Below, in pieces: positions 37,726 through 50,516 of a stretch of DNA of 64,000 bases. Below the pieces are notes generated by a model. That model ran no database searches and was not told where the DNA came from. It saw nothing but the letters and a program-made list of their open reading frames with translations. This DNA is from Vicugna vicugna (taxonomy: Eukaryota): contig MU058781.1 in NCBI GenBank assembly GCA_013265495.1, positions 476,963 to 540,962 on the forward strand. The letters are read 5' to 3'. The translations under genes were made by a program, and so were the position numbers. Position 1 is the stretch's first letter, and the number at the start of each line of letters is the position of its first letter.

Positions 37726-38033
37726 GCACTAAGCATTTGCTGAGGGACGCTGCCTTTCTCTTGCCAGATACTTTGAAATCACTCTGGATGTGGTGGGGGT
37801 GAGAAAATGAAGAAGCGATTTGTTGGAACTCCCCAAACACAAGGAATCTGCTGCTAAGCGTAAAGGCCAGAGCAGAAAAAGAGAAGAAAGTGCAGCTTCA
37901 TCTATTAAAACTGCATTTGAAGAAAAAAATTGTACGAGCTCAAGAAGATACTGGCCTCTGCAGTTGCTAAAGACATGCCCAAACGGTGCCCTAACCTGCT
38001 GCAAAAATGGACGCCCTGATATTCTGAAATAGC

Positions 38034-38165
38034 TATATATATATATATATAGATTCCATACATTAAATTTTTATTGTTATACAAATTATATCATATAAAA
38101 TATGAATTATATATTATAATATATAATAGTTACATAACTTTTGTTTTATATATATCTATATAAAA
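38034..38165. repeat. (TA)n and AT-rich low-complexity tract
   Basis: (TA) run at 38034-38051 followed by a nearly G/C-free stretch. Confidence 0.85.
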
Positions 38166-39624
38166 CAGACTAAAAATTATGGAGATAAAAGCTGTAAAAA
38201 CTACCAGTTGTAAGTAATCTACTACTTTTCATGCCACTTGCACAGTTTTTAACTGCAGGCGTGTGTAACATAGCAAAAATATACACTTTTACCTGTTGCT
38301 CTTATTTTTTCATAGTTATCTCACCTGCTTTCTTTTCACAGTTACTAGCCAGTTCTCAAAGTTAGTACTGTGAGACTCTTTTAGAGGTTGTATATTTATT
38401 GAATATGATAAGTCACAATTATTTCCCTCTGTAGCTGACTACTTATCATTACTGAAGACAATACTGCAGTGAATGTCTTTTCCATAGGCTGCTTCAATGT
38501 TTTTGGATTTTTCCTCATAATAAATTGTGGAAAGCAGGGTTACTATAACCACATACCGTAGAAGTTCTCCTAAGAGAAATCCTTTAAGACTTATTTGCTG
38601 ATAAAAACCACCTCAGCAGATATTTTTAGAGCCATGATCAGTAAAAAATAAATATCCTACTCTCCAAAAGTTTAATTAATTGCTCATTCAGGAAGTACGC
38701 CATTTCATCTAATTACACATGATCTAATTACACAGAAATAAATGTTAATGGACAATGCTACTGTATGCTTGTATCTGTGCAAGGAAACAACAGAAATGTT
38801 AAGTGTCAGCTATTCTAACAAATGATTCTCAAGTATAATAATGGAATTGTATTTAAGAATGTTTAATATTAGTAGTAATAATAGAGGTAATAAAAACTTA
38901 CTATAAATGTTCATATGTACTTCGGTACATTTATGTATGTGCATGTACATATACAGATGCATAAGTAGGTAGATAGATAAAAATCCATGAATGTTACTAA
39001 AAATGCCAGAGAATATAAAATGAGGAGAAAGGAATTTTTAAAAAGTGAATTCACTAAACCTGTTAGAGGTGATATATCCAAGTAAGATAGTTGAATTTGG
39101 GGGCAAATTGGTCACAGGTCCTTCAAACATCTATATGGCCTATGACTTATGTTTACCTCCTCGTTGAATTGATGGCTGAATTTCAGAAAAAAAAAACCCA
39201 TCTTTTAGGAGGGGGAGTCGAAAGTGTGGATACCTGAGCATAGGTGTAAACATTCTATCAGACTGCTTTTTTATCCATAAAATAGTTTGGTTCATTGGTC
39301 TATAATCATGGTGACCTTCTTTTTCTGGAAAGAGAATCACTTAGAACTTCTACTATCTTCTGGGAAATTGTGGGTAAACTTCCTGAGTCCATCCATTCCA
39401 ATGTGGCTTGTCAAATGAAGATCCTAAACTTATAATTTCTAGGATATGTCGTTCCCCTGTTACTTTGTTGATGTGATCAGTGTTCAGACTAGAGCAGGCT
39501 TTCCGGAATGACTGCATCTGTCACTGTGTTATGGACAGAGCTATCCTCATACTGAAAGTAAGCAGTGTTCCATGTTCTTGAATGATTTCCCTGCTCATTA
39601 GGATTGAACACAAAGCACAGTCCT

Positions 39625-39723
39625 GGAGAAAAACAGAAGAAGGAGAAGACAACGAAGAGGAAGAAGAAGAATAAAAGGAAGAAGCAGGTAGGGAGAAGGA
39701 GGAAGAGAAGGAGGAAAGAGAAA
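39625..39723. repeat. Purine-rich (GAA/GGA) low-complexity tract
   Basis: gaagaaggagaagacaacgaagaggaagaagaagaataaaaggaagaag...; explains the Ser-rich minus-strand ORF at 39521-39811. Confidence 0.85.
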
Positions 39724-41240
39724 CATTCAGATTTGCACAGGCACCAAAATTATGAAGACATTTATTGTTTTTAGAGAGATATTTCTTTCCATCTAAGCCA
39801 AGCAACATCACTTCTCAAGACTCTGAGTCTAAAGTCCAGAGGGGTTTTCCCATCCTAAGTACTTAACACACACTTATAGGAACAGTAGAAATGAGCAGTT
39901 ATCTGCTTTGCTGACATAGAGCAAATACTTTTATTTGGGCCGCAATAGGACAGGAGATCAGACAGCATACAGATACAGGCTGTGGAATTCATTCTCTACC
40001 CTCTCTCCCTCTGGTCTATTTCCAGAGATTGATGCAATTTCTACACAGAAGGTTGGGATAGACAGTGCTGACGGCCTATGATTTTAGTTACACGTGCATG
40101 ATTCAGTAAAAGCTAAGCCCTCTGCCCCATTAAAACCACTCCTCCCCCTCGACTTTCTCAGGGAACGGTGCGTTGCTGGTAAATCAACTTGATTATTATT
40201 CTATTCCAGAGGACATGCAGTGATTTACATTCATATGCCAGCAATTTCTTTTCATTGCCCCAGCAAGAGCTGGGAGATGATTTATAACGATGCAAAAGTT
40301 CTGGCACAAATGTTACACAGCTTCAGCATGTTTGCATTGCATGGCACGGGGCACTGCTCCTCGGATGCACCGATGCTTCCATTTAGGTAGCACCCGGGAC
40401 AAGGTTGGTGCCAGTGGGTTCCCGAGTGCTCTGGTCCAGAGCAGGCGCTGACGCCTGTGGTAATGCGTGTGTTTGGGGTGTATCTTTTTAGCGGGTCAAT
40501 ACTGAATGCCGTCCTCAGGGGAGGGGGGCTGTTCAGCCTCTTGTAATTAGTTTACGTGCCTCTGTTGAATCCCTAATGGACTCCTGTACCACAGAAACAT
40601 TCCTTTCTGGAACAGTTGGCAGCCTCATTGTGTTTGCTCTCTTTTCTCAAACCTCCCCTCCCCATGTTATTCTATCCCTGGGAAAAAAAAAAAGGAAAAG
40701 AATACAAACCTGGAAAATTAAAGTGATATGGAAGAGAAAAAATATACCCCACTCTATTCCATTATTTACATATTCCATCATCAAAGTCAAGTGAAAGCTG
40801 CATTTCAAGTTTTGTTGGACTTACACTGTGCATATGCTTGTGAAAAAAATTTTTTTTAACTTTGAATACCACTCATTTTGAAGTATTACGCTTTTCTCAG
40901 AGAATAATCTCTGGAGATCCTACTGCTCAGCCGTCAAGGTGAATATGGTCACCACAATTCATGTCAGTTCCCCAGGTGATATGATTGTTACTGCTTCTTA
41001 TTAACCGAACAAGATGACAATCATAGATAGGTGTAGTTTTTATACCTCTTAGGGTTGTAGCACTTTTAACTTCCCATGGACAATACAGTCAAGTCTATAA
41101 AAAGTATCTATACCCCCAAAATAGGGCAATCTGGGTTGGACATAAATTTCATTTAGCGAAGTGAAATTTCACATCATTATGGGATTGAAGCTTTGCTTAG
41201 ATATCAGAAAATTCTTAATGAAGACCTTTAAGATTCTGGA

Positions 41241-41430
41241 AAGTGGTTCTCAAACTTTAGTCTGCCTAAGAATCACTTAGGTTGCTTGTTAAAAAGTATA
41301 CATTCATGGGCATCACCACAGAGCGTTCGATTCAGTAACTATGGCAGAAAGTCCACGAATCTGCATTTCCAAAAGCCCCCTGGGTAATTCTGATGAGGTA
41401 GTTGTGGATTAATATTTAAGAAAACAGCTG
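41241..41430. mobile_element. MER5A/B hAT-Charlie MITE, near full length
   Basis: Terminal inverted ends aagtggttctcaaa ... tttaagaaaacagctg, with interior gaatcacttaggttgcttgttaaaa, gattcagta, aatctgcatttcc, ggtaattctgatg; about 190 bp. Confidence 0.88.
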
Positions 41431-42399
41431 TAGATCTTCCAAAGCAGAGGTTATTTTTTCTTTAGGCTTATAAAATACATGTTGACCCTCACGAATTGTA
41501 ATCATTCTTTATGAAATTGTGGGTCTAATTTACTTTTCAAAGAGAACTGGGCAAAAATATCACGCTTCTCTGGATGACCGCCACATCCCCACTAGGTCTT
41601 GGCAACTGCGAGATTCCTTCCAGTAATGTTTTTTGGAATATGTTATGTATCTTTTTTTTTTAGAAAACATTCATATTTTCCCTGGCTTTTGATATATGCC
41701 TTGTATTTTAATAGATACATATTTTTATTTAGACTTTGAGTGGACACTTGAAAAATTAGCAGTAATCCGCTTCTGTGTTTAGTTTCATCCTGTGATCCGT
41801 AAGGGGGCTGCCAAGGGCACAGTACATACACAGCTACCTGGTAGCCTTTTTATATATTCATTTGTTCATTTTTTTTCTGTAGCTTTCAGGATTTCCAAAG
41901 TGGTCTATGTCTCAAGAAGTGTTAAAATTTAATGCCAGAAAATGGGAAGAAGAATCACAGAAATGCAAAACACCATTTACCAACAAGTTGTTAAAGAAAT
42001 GACTTGTCATCTTTGCATTGGTGATGTGTCCCTTTAAGGGGGTTAATAGGGTCTCATAGGAAAGCATTATCTCTTTATTCTCTCCCCAGCCTGGTGAGAT
42101 AGGGTGCTGCATTGTGGTTGCTTAGTAACTGGCCCAGTATGAACATTTTCCCTCTTCCCATATGCAAACATAGTTAATTGCCACATTTTGAATTATTGCA
42201 GTAATTTTCTATTTCAGTGGCATTATTGGTATAAGAAATACAGAATTCCTGAAGTCAAATTTTCTGTTCTAGTGCAGCATACAGTAATAAAACTCTATTG
42301 TGCATATATGTGAACTACTCATTACAAATGAATAAAAAGTGTTTACTTGGTCAAGGGTCACTTAGACAGAAAATAGTTGAGCTCAGGAGGTCTAAAACC

Positions 42400-43450
42400 A
42401 AATCTAACTTTCATCAAAATCTGTGACATGTTGTTTCATCCCAACCTGATCATGTCTGAATTTTCTCTGACTATCTTCATCATTAATTTATTTCCTTGAT
42501 AACTAAAGGTGAAAATGACATGGACATTCTCCTCCAAGTTCCCCATTACTTCAAATTATTAAATGATGGTTAGAACTAAATTTGGAATAAAAGTTTCCCT
42601 TATTACTGACTTAAGGAACTGTATGCAAGATGAGAATTTCCCACAGGTTCTGCTCTTAGAAGAGTAAGATTGAATAAATATCCCAGCAGTTGAATTCTCT
42701 GACTCTAAATATATTTTGCATTTGCACCAGGTTTTAATCTGTATTTGAGAAACTTTATCCATAATCTTATCAGACAAGATATTCTGCAGTCTACTTCTGT
42801 ACCAAAATCTTTTTTATTGCTTTTGATCTCTGCCACATTGCTTTTCAGTGTGCTTTCTACATTAAGGGATTTTTCATCTACGCATATTTCTTAATAAAGG
42901 GATTTGTTCTACTTCCAACTCTATTTACTTTTTTATTTTTCAAATAAGGTATTTTTCCATTGGTAGCCATATTTTAACTTTGGTCTTATCCCATCTTTTG
43001 AATTCTGGAGTCTTCTTTAATTCTTTCCACTGAAATTCAAGCCCAATTAATTATGTATTCTCTATTCATGCAGAAGCTTTCTGAGGCTTCCGCATAACTC
43101 TGCACATCCGCTCTACACTTTTTGGCCTTAAAATTTTCTCAGGAATATTCTTCTTATACTTGCTTACATTTTCAATTTAAAAGTCCTTTGATCTGGTCAC
43201 TCTCTTCCTTGTTTTTGCTAGTTATTCTTTAGCCCTGCCAAGAGTCAATCATTCCGGCATAATCCAAAAAACCAAATCCTGTTCTTTGATAACATCTTCA
43301 TAATCAGTTGGTCGTTTCCACATCCTTTTGCTTTTTCCTTCTCAATTCACAACATTCCATTTGAAGTTGCTTTCGCATATTTGGGTTTTCTACCCAGGAC
43401 TTCAAAGTGACTAGAGAGAACATTCCAGGTTTTCTTTATAACTCACCCAA
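42400..43450 (-). mobile_element. Ancient RTE-clade LINE relic (L4/MamRTE-like) with internal deletions
   Basis: Manual minus-strand translation gives collinear remnants: TWNV (43430-43419), WKELKK...KIWL (from 43029), CRISCL...RLKPGANAK, QNLWEILILHTVP (42652-42614), and an FSYQGNK/EDSQ-like segment near 42500. Confidence 0.6.
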
Positions 43451-44716
43451 TGTAGGAAGTGCTTTATTATGTTGAAGATGACTCCCTGTCAGGACCGCCC
43501 CAGTGACTCGGTTTACCGCTGCAGTAGCCACGTCATTCTACATAAGCCCAAGTTCGTCCTTCCCAACAGAGAGGGTCTCCAAACACCACGGATAAGTCCT
43601 CACCAGGTAACATCATGTTCTAAGGTTGTTGCTTATGTCTGAGAACACATTAATGACCTGTTTCAAAACATACTCAGATCTGCTACATGGTCCAAGTGAA
43701 GTTGTGCCTTCCAGTCCTCTTTTATCCTTCCTGTGTTACATTCTTCCCATTAGAAAAACCTGTACCTTTTTCTAAGTCTGTCTTGTGCTGTTTACTCACT
43801 CAGTCCTCTCCAAGAGGTCTCATTACTCTCCAATACTTCAAGATATAAGGAGACTGATGTCCCAACTCCAGCCCCAGGAGCAAGAATACTCCTTTACTTT
43901 TATGGTACAGTAAGCAGATGAGGAAGACAGCAAAAGTGTATTCCCTACTACAGTAACTTGGCAATGCCAGGAACAGAGTTTTAGCTTCAAGTCTCCTATA
44001 TACAAAGACATATTCTAATACTTTATAACTTTATTTGAAGACTACTTTCAGAGATTACCACTTCTGAGCAATTATTCAAAAAGGAGGTTTCTGGAAACTT
44101 TGCCTTCATGATAGTTGGACTCCTCCCTGACAGTCTTGGTTTCTGTGCTGACGTGTTAGAATTTACTACTGATCATCACATCGGCAATGTTTCAATCCAG
44201 TATCTTTCTATGAAGACAGCCATGCTCTAAATACTTACCACTACCATTGAAAAAAAACACAAGAGAAGAAGACTGTGTTTGTGTCCAGAGGCTCTTGGCA
44301 CATCAGTATAATAGGGAGCGGCTGTGGGAAGGATCCCGTGGCAGTCTGACGGTCACAATTTGCATAATTGTCTAACACAGAAGTCCTGCCATTCCTCCTA
44401 GCACCCAGCATCATGGAGAGAGATTTCTTCCAGCAGTCCAAGATACAAAGGGATATGAAGAGCAGCTTTAGAGGCTTTCTCAACTTTCTACTCTGGTATA
44501 AATATAAGCCTTGGGATATGTTTATTCCATTGTTTCCAAAACTATTCACCCAGGGGAGCCAGCCAGTGACAGGGGAGTGCGGGTGGTAACAGCCCAAGGT
44601 TGTCATCTCCACACTATTTGAGCTACTCGACAGCACAGCTGTGGACCAGTGACAGCCCCCTTGCATTCATGGCTTCTGGTTCGCTTCTGACGAAAGGCTA
44701 TGAGTCTCAGGGCAGC

Positions 44717-44780
44717 GTGTGTGTGTGTGTGCATGTGTATGTGTGCGTGCATGCATGTGTGCTCATGGGCACATGTATGT
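44717..44780. repeat. Imperfect (TG)n / alternating purine-pyrimidine tract
   Basis: gtgtgtgtgtgtgtgcatgtgtatgtgtgcgtgcatgcatgtgtg. Confidence 0.85.
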
Positions 44781-47700
44781 AAGGAAAGAATTACTGAAAT
44801 TGAAGAGACTACCCCAGAGAAAACACTACATTGTTTGCATAGCTGTTTGCCATAAACCGGCAGACATTTTAATGAGTATGTTTTGTTCCTGCGTTCCCTT
44901 TAGACTCTGAAGGTTTCAAACTAAATCTTTCTTGCAAGCAAAGGAATGAACCCGTGTTATGAATTAACGTCAGAAGCCAATGGTTGATGTAGGAAGACAC
45001 CAACTCTAACGAAGGAGAACCACATCTGGCATGGAAGATGGAAGGAACCGTGGTGGCAAAAGGATTAGGGACGCTTTCTTGCTCTTCTCCAAGCACGATC
45101 CCTAAGCCAGAAGATATTCCCATTGGACTTCCCAGTGGAGAAGCATTAGAGAGAGTGAGCACAGGGGGAAATGGGAGTGGGAGGTTGAATATTATCTTGT
45201 GGAAAGAAATCTTTTGTAATATTTCATTTTAAAAAAGTCTCTTTTAATCTTTCTAATCACTCCATGTAGATGGCTATCTATCTGTTAACTTCTTACGCTA
45301 ATGGAGTACATAGTGATATAATTCAAAGACAGTGAGGACAGGTAGCCTGTGCTTTTAAGTAGGATTAACTTCTATCAGGATGAAAGAAAAACCTTTATTA
45401 AATACATACCCTACGGTAAAACAGCAACATACTTCTCTCCTTTTTTTCCTCCCTTCCTGGAAACCCTGGGCCTGGATCTCTACATAGTGCCACGTGAAGT
45501 CAAGGCTCTGATGACCACGTAATTGTCACGGCCTCTGCTCTCAGTCCACTCACACGCCCACCTTCTGCGTGCGGTGAGATTTCATCCTTAGACCTTACGC
45601 TAGAGGTGGTTATTTTTTCCTTGACCTTAGACTCTGACCTTTCAAGCATGGCTCAAGCTCAACATCTATCATTCTGCTGCCCTGGTAAAGAGCTCACCTG
45701 CTATAGCTCAGGTCATGATGACCATCAAATATACAGCCTCATTTGGTTTGACACAGTTGCTGGTGTAGAATCTGCACAGAATTTTTTCCATAGAGCAGGA
45801 GCAAATTTACAACAAGGGCATTTGGCTTCTGCATCATTTTCTTAATGTTCATATTTTGCAGCTGTTATGATCAATTCACTGATCCGTTCTTTCCTGGTAA
45901 ACTTTGGTCTTCAAATATTTATACAGCCTGTTTTGCAGATAATACTGTACATTAAAAGTTGATTGAGCCTAACATTTTTTTCAAAGATACTCCATTTCTC
46001 CATCATGAAAACCTTCATCATGCTCCCTAGACGGCAGGTCTCTTATCTCCCAATTAAGTCTTAAGTTCTCAGAAAGTAAGAATCGTGTCTTTTTAAACAT
46101 CCTCAATAGTAACTGATACTGTGGCAACAAAATATCATTGGTATAAAACCATGGTCTTTGGGACAGGCTTAAAACCATCTTCAATGTAGTTTTAGGAAAA
46201 TAATGCGTAACTGGCATATTCACACATTTTTGAAGCCTATTAAAAATATAAATCCAGAATATAGTCCATCGATCATGGTATTCTCTGTAAAACACACTTG
46301 GGAAAGGAAAAATTCGTAACAGGAATCGTGAAGTATTTAGCAAACAGGCATGGGTGTACTGAATGCTGCCAATCCAATCCACTGCTCAACAAATGACGAT
46401 AAATAAGACAGTACTGAGGAGGAGAGTTAGAGAGGAAGTGGGCAATGAGGTGGAAGGAGTCGCAGCTGTTTCTTTTCATTCATTCATTGAATTTCCTGTA
46501 AATATTGGTACGGCTTGCAAAGTGGTAAACAGTGTTTCTGTAAATTAAAGTGACCGCTCATATCCTGGCAAGAATCTCTGGGGTCTGCGTGTCAGGCAGA
46601 GCAGGTTATGACATCATACCCTGCATGGGCTTTCCTTTTGGCTTCCCCCAAATGCTCCAAACTCATCTAATCCATAATATTTGAATATATATTTTCAAGG
46701 AGCCAACTCTTTTACCCAGAAGGTACTGAATGCTTATTTTAGAACCACTGTTTTCTGCATCTTTCATTTTGCCACATGGATTGGCGCTTGTTTACACTTC
46801 CATTTTAAGGTTTTGTGAAGCCTTTTTTTGCACTCAATTTCTAAATAGACAGATGTCTTTCTGTAAAATTGAAGTGACACAACGGAGTTTTAATGCTGTC
46901 TTTCTCATATTTGCATATTTAATTACTTGCATCACATTTTATTAGTATATTATCCGACGAGGAATTCTGACTAATTAATTTCACCTGGAATTGTAGGCGG
47001 GTGTACGAAAAATTACACTTGGCCATTTGTAGAGACCAGCTGTGTATTAGAAATATCTGATCCCCATCTGCAGGACTGAAGAGAGTGAGAGAAAACAGCT
47101 GACTGAGAAAAAAAAAACCGCCCTTCTTCCTTGTGCCCTGAAGGGAGAATTATTGGCAGATCTCCTTTATTACTCAGCCCATATTCCAAGCACTATCTGA
47201 GAAGTTCACTCGGAGCATCACTCACTGGGACAGCATTACTTCCCCTCATTTTGGCTTTAATCTGTAGCAATGCTGATGTGATCGGGTTCCGCCCCTATGC
47301 ATACACTCGCTGCCTTCCATTCCAGCCTGAGTCACACACGGCCGGCTTCATCTGGACCACAGGCTGTCTGGGCCTAGCTGACAGTGGAGACTGATACACA
47401 GGAATCTGGGGGGGGGGTGTTGTTTTAAAAGATAACCTTCAGGTTCCAGCGTGGCCTCCTAGAAACGGCCCCATCCTGTAGCGGGACTCCGACCCGCACA
47501 GGCACGCTCTCACTTTCGCTCCCTGCCTGTGTCTTGCTCTGTATTTGCGTTTGGATTCTTTGTCTGCCCTGACAACAGATGGTGTTTTAATAAAGTCCAG
47601 TAGGAATATTACTGTGAGTAAACAATGCAGTGCATGCCAATTCCATAATTGCTGGGTACTGATTCAGCCTCTTACCTGCTCCATCCAAATTGGGAGGGAA

Positions 47701-49199
47701 CCAACTGTGCCTGCACCTACCGGCAGCAGCCTGCTCGCCCGCAGCTGTGGCGTGCTCCGGCGCAGCCTCACCGCGGAAGGTAAATTGCAGCTCCTGTCAT
47801 GCTACTTGGCACTGGGGCTAGAGAGCGGCTGCCATCTGGCTCGTCATCAAACGTGGTCATTCAATATCTCGGAGATGAAATGGCTTTTTAAAAAATCTTG
47901 CTATTGAAAAAAAGGAAAATCGACACACATAAAACGTATTATCTTCCTCTTTACAGGCACGATATATTCTAAAATAACAGTTTGCGCTTATTTGAGCAAT
48001 AGCTTGCAGAGTGGTGGTTTTTTTCCTCACTGATTCCCACGCTCAAAGGGATTTATATTCTAAACCTATTATATGCTAACGGAAAATTCAAATTCTTTGA
48101 ATCTGGCCCAGAAATGCGTGTTCTCACTTGTTTCTCTCGTTGGGGAAAGGGCAAAGAGTTAGGTCCGCCTATTTCAATTAACTTTTCTTTTTTAATTGTA
48201 CGTAGATATATCCTTATTCAAATTCAATATATTTATTGAACATATTTATTCAAAAAAGAGGGGACAGGTGAAGCACACGAAGACGGTAATTCAAATGTAT
48301 GTGATCTGTCCCTTCCCAATGGTCTCCTCAAACTACCTGCTAACTAGAAGGCTCGAGGAAAAGAAAACTGGCTCTGGCCGCCAAAAAGAAACAAACTCAT
48401 TTTGTAAGAAGGCCAGCGGCATGTGATGTTTATCCAAGGATCGTATTTTAAGTGGCATCCAGCTTCTTCGAGCACTGCTATTTTCAAGAGTGTTCTAAAC
48501 ACTCCCAGTAGTGCCTACAATTATGATAAGAAAAAGCAAAATGAACTGTAGACGCTGCAGAGTAGCACTGACAGTGGAGGAAGGTTCAAGTCTACTGGCT
48601 GACATGCTCAGAGGAAAATCTCTTGTTTCCTGCTTTATCTGTTCAAGTAAATAAGATATATTAAACTGATAGGACACTAGTGTTAAGAGTTCAGAACACT
48701 TTTTTTCAGTTGAGGCTGTGAACTTCCCAGACTGACTGACAGATACACGCAATGTTTGAGTTGCATCACTTCCCCTTTCGTAGATTTTTAGATAAAATCA
48801 TCCTGTTTTTTACTTTTTTAAAAATAATCTGAAACACATGCAAAAGCAGACAAAAGGGTATACTCAAACTCCTTTCCATGTTGCCTGCTCCTAACAAGCA
48901 TTAACCCACAGTAAACGCTGGTCTATTCATATCCCCCCTTCCCTCCTCCCTGTTTTATCTGAAGCGAATTCTATAGACCCACTAAATCGTAAATTTTTCA
49001 CCATCTTTAAAAGCTAATGACATCCATATCCCTTTTCATTTTAATACTTCAAACTTAAAGAAAATTTGCAAGAGTAATACAAAGAAATCCAAGAGACTTG
49101 ATCAAACTTTGCCAATGTTTTATGTTTGCTTTCTTTATTTTGTATTATCTCTGTATATAGTTTCAAATAAACGTACACTTTTCCTGAATCATTTGAGGG

Positions 49200-49710
49200 T
49201 GTATTAGTTTTTGGCTGCTGCTGTAACACATTACCATAAAGCCAGTTGCTTAAACAGCACAGATTTATTATCTTAGAGTTCAGGGGCTCCGAGGTACAGA
49301 ATGGGTCTTCTGGAGCTAAAACCAGTATGTCTGCAGAGTCTTCTTGAAGGCCTCGGCGGAATCTGTCCCGTGCCTTCTTTGGCTTCTAAAGGTGCCATAA
49401 CTCCTCCAGCCTCTAGAGGCTGCCTGCATTCCTTGGCTGGGGGTCTCTCCACCTTCAAAGCTAGGAATTGCATTACTCTGAGCCCCACCTCTCCCCTTAC
49501 TTCTCTTTCTCAGATTCGGATTCTTGCTTCTTTCACTTATAAGCCCCTTGTGACTACATTGGGCTCACTGAGCTAATTTAGGACGATCTCCTTATCCTGA
49601 GATCCTTAACTCAAGCACATCTGCAAAGGCCCTTTACATCACGTAAGGAAACATGTCCACAGGTGCTGGGATTCAGACATCACTGGGGGACCATTATTCT
49701 GCCTAGCATA
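49200..49710 (-). mobile_element. MaLR LTR MLT1D-like, full length, nested in L1
   Basis: tgtattagtttttggctgctgctgtaacacattacca...ctagaggctgcctgcattccttggct...cacatctgcaaaggccctt...gggggaccattattctgcctagcata. Confidence 0.92.
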
Positions 49711-50091
49711 TAGGATGAAATGGAAACAGTGTGCACCCTACCTCAGGTATTTCAGTGTGGACTTCCTAAGAATGAGGACTTTTTCTCATATAACCACAAC
49801 AGAATTATCAGAATTAGACAATTGTCTAAGCCGCGCTCTGTAATCTAATTTCACAAATTGTCCCAGCAACGTTCATCATACAATACCCGATGAAGTCAAG
49901 ATCCCACTTTAAATTTAACTGTCATGTGTCTTTGGTCCACATAACCTAAATCAGTTCCTTAGCTTTTCTTCCTTTCCGTGTTTTACTTCACATATTTGAA
50001 GGCTATGTAGTCCTGTTATTTTATAAAATATCTCTCCATTTGTATTTATCTAATTTTTAAAGTTAGATTCAGATTATGAAGTTTTGACAGA

Positions 50092-50516
50092 TGTGATGGT
50101 TAAATTTTATGTGTTCACTTGGCAAGACTATGGTGCACAATTGTTTGGTTAGACACTAATCTAGACGTGGCTATGAATGTATTCTGTAGATGTGATTGAC
50201 ATCTACAGTCAGTCAACTTTAAATAAAGCCTATTAGCCAAGATAACATGAGTGAGCCTCATCCCACCAATTAAAGTCCTTGGGAGCAAAACTTTGGTTTC
50301 CTGGGGAAGAAGGAATTCTGTCTCAAACCTGTAATATAGAAATACTGCCTGAGTTTCCAACCTGCCAGACTAGCCTGTAGATTCTGGACTTCTCATTCCC
50401 ACAACTGCATGAACCAATTTCTTAAAATGCATCTCTTTATGTAAACATACCCTATTTATGTAAATATATCCTATATCCTATTGGTTCTGTTTCTCTGGAG
50501 ATCTCAAATAGATACA
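50092..50516 (+). mobile_element. ERVL LTR MLT2(B/D)-like, full length, nested in L1
   Basis: tgtgatggttaaattttatgtgttcacttggc...gaagaaggaattctgtctcaa...tcctattggttctgtttctctggagatctcaaatagataca. Confidence 0.92.

Noticed and set aside
39521..39811. Ser-rich ORF
   Set aside because: Produced by the GAA/GGA low-complexity tract.
42559..43100. Initial reading as L1 ORF1/HAL1 (CRISCL resembling PRILYP)
   Set aside because: Several collinear motifs (TWNV, WKELKK, NLWEIL..VP) fit an RTE-type EN-RT polyprotein better.
44241..44666. Longest ORF in the window (141 aa, minus)
   Set aside because: No recognisable domain or coding-like composition; the length is within chance expectation for 64 kb.
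45981..46382. 133-aa minus-strand ORF
   Set aside because: Non-ATG start, residue composition typical of AT-rich non-coding DNA, no homology recognised.
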